A stretch of 64,000 nt of DNA from Zootoca vivipara (lineage: Eukaryota). Every line of letters begins with the position of its first letter. Within the stretch, counting starts at the first letter, position 1. The notes below the pieces were generated by a model that saw nothing but the letters and a program-made list of their open reading frames with translations, made no database searches and had not been told where the DNA came from. The stretch covers positions 434,001 to 498,000 of the forward strand of contig NC_083281.1 of assembly GCF_963506605.1 (NCBI RefSeq). Reading direction: 5' to 3'. Both the position numbers and the translations under genes were made by a program. Positions 63,972-64,000 of this stretch are shown here, piece after piece.

Positions 63972-64000
63972 TGATTGATTGATTTGTCAGGAGGTTTTTA

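Overview
This is vertebrate genomic DNA from a squamate reptile. The Sauria-type SINEs, CR1/L2/RTE LINEs and Penelope-like elements suggest a lizard, and the region is GC-rich and gene-dense. Six spliced protein-coding genes can be built with GT-AG boundaries and consistent phases. In order they are the last four coding exons of RANBP3 (+), complete CAPS/calcyphosin (-, 188 aa), complete VMAC (-, 179 aa), complete NDUFA11 (+, 136 aa, head-to-head with VMAC), complete SLC1A6/EAAT4 (+, 587 aa) and the first 11 coding exons of LONP1 (+). Introns and intergenic DNA are packed with transposon fragments, several nested and with readable target-site duplications (TSDs). The most notable non-genic signals are four. 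(1) Minimal hammerhead-ribozyme motifs sit in Penelope-like repeats, including a 130-bp ribozyme-headed insert with a 9-bp TSD and a sense-strand copy just upstream of the last SLC1A6 exon. (2) A conserved-core/variable-spacer array lies in the VMAC intron. (3) A 15-copy motif array abuts the probable SLC1A6 CpG-island promoter. (4) An unclassified foldback insertion lies in CAPS. The RANBP3-CAPS-SLC1A6 linkage also mirrors the RANBP3L-CAPSL-SLC1A3 paralogous block. I found no prokaryote-type systems and no tRNA or rRNA genes. There are three assembly gaps. All identities come from reading the sequence and from memory of the families; no database search was run.
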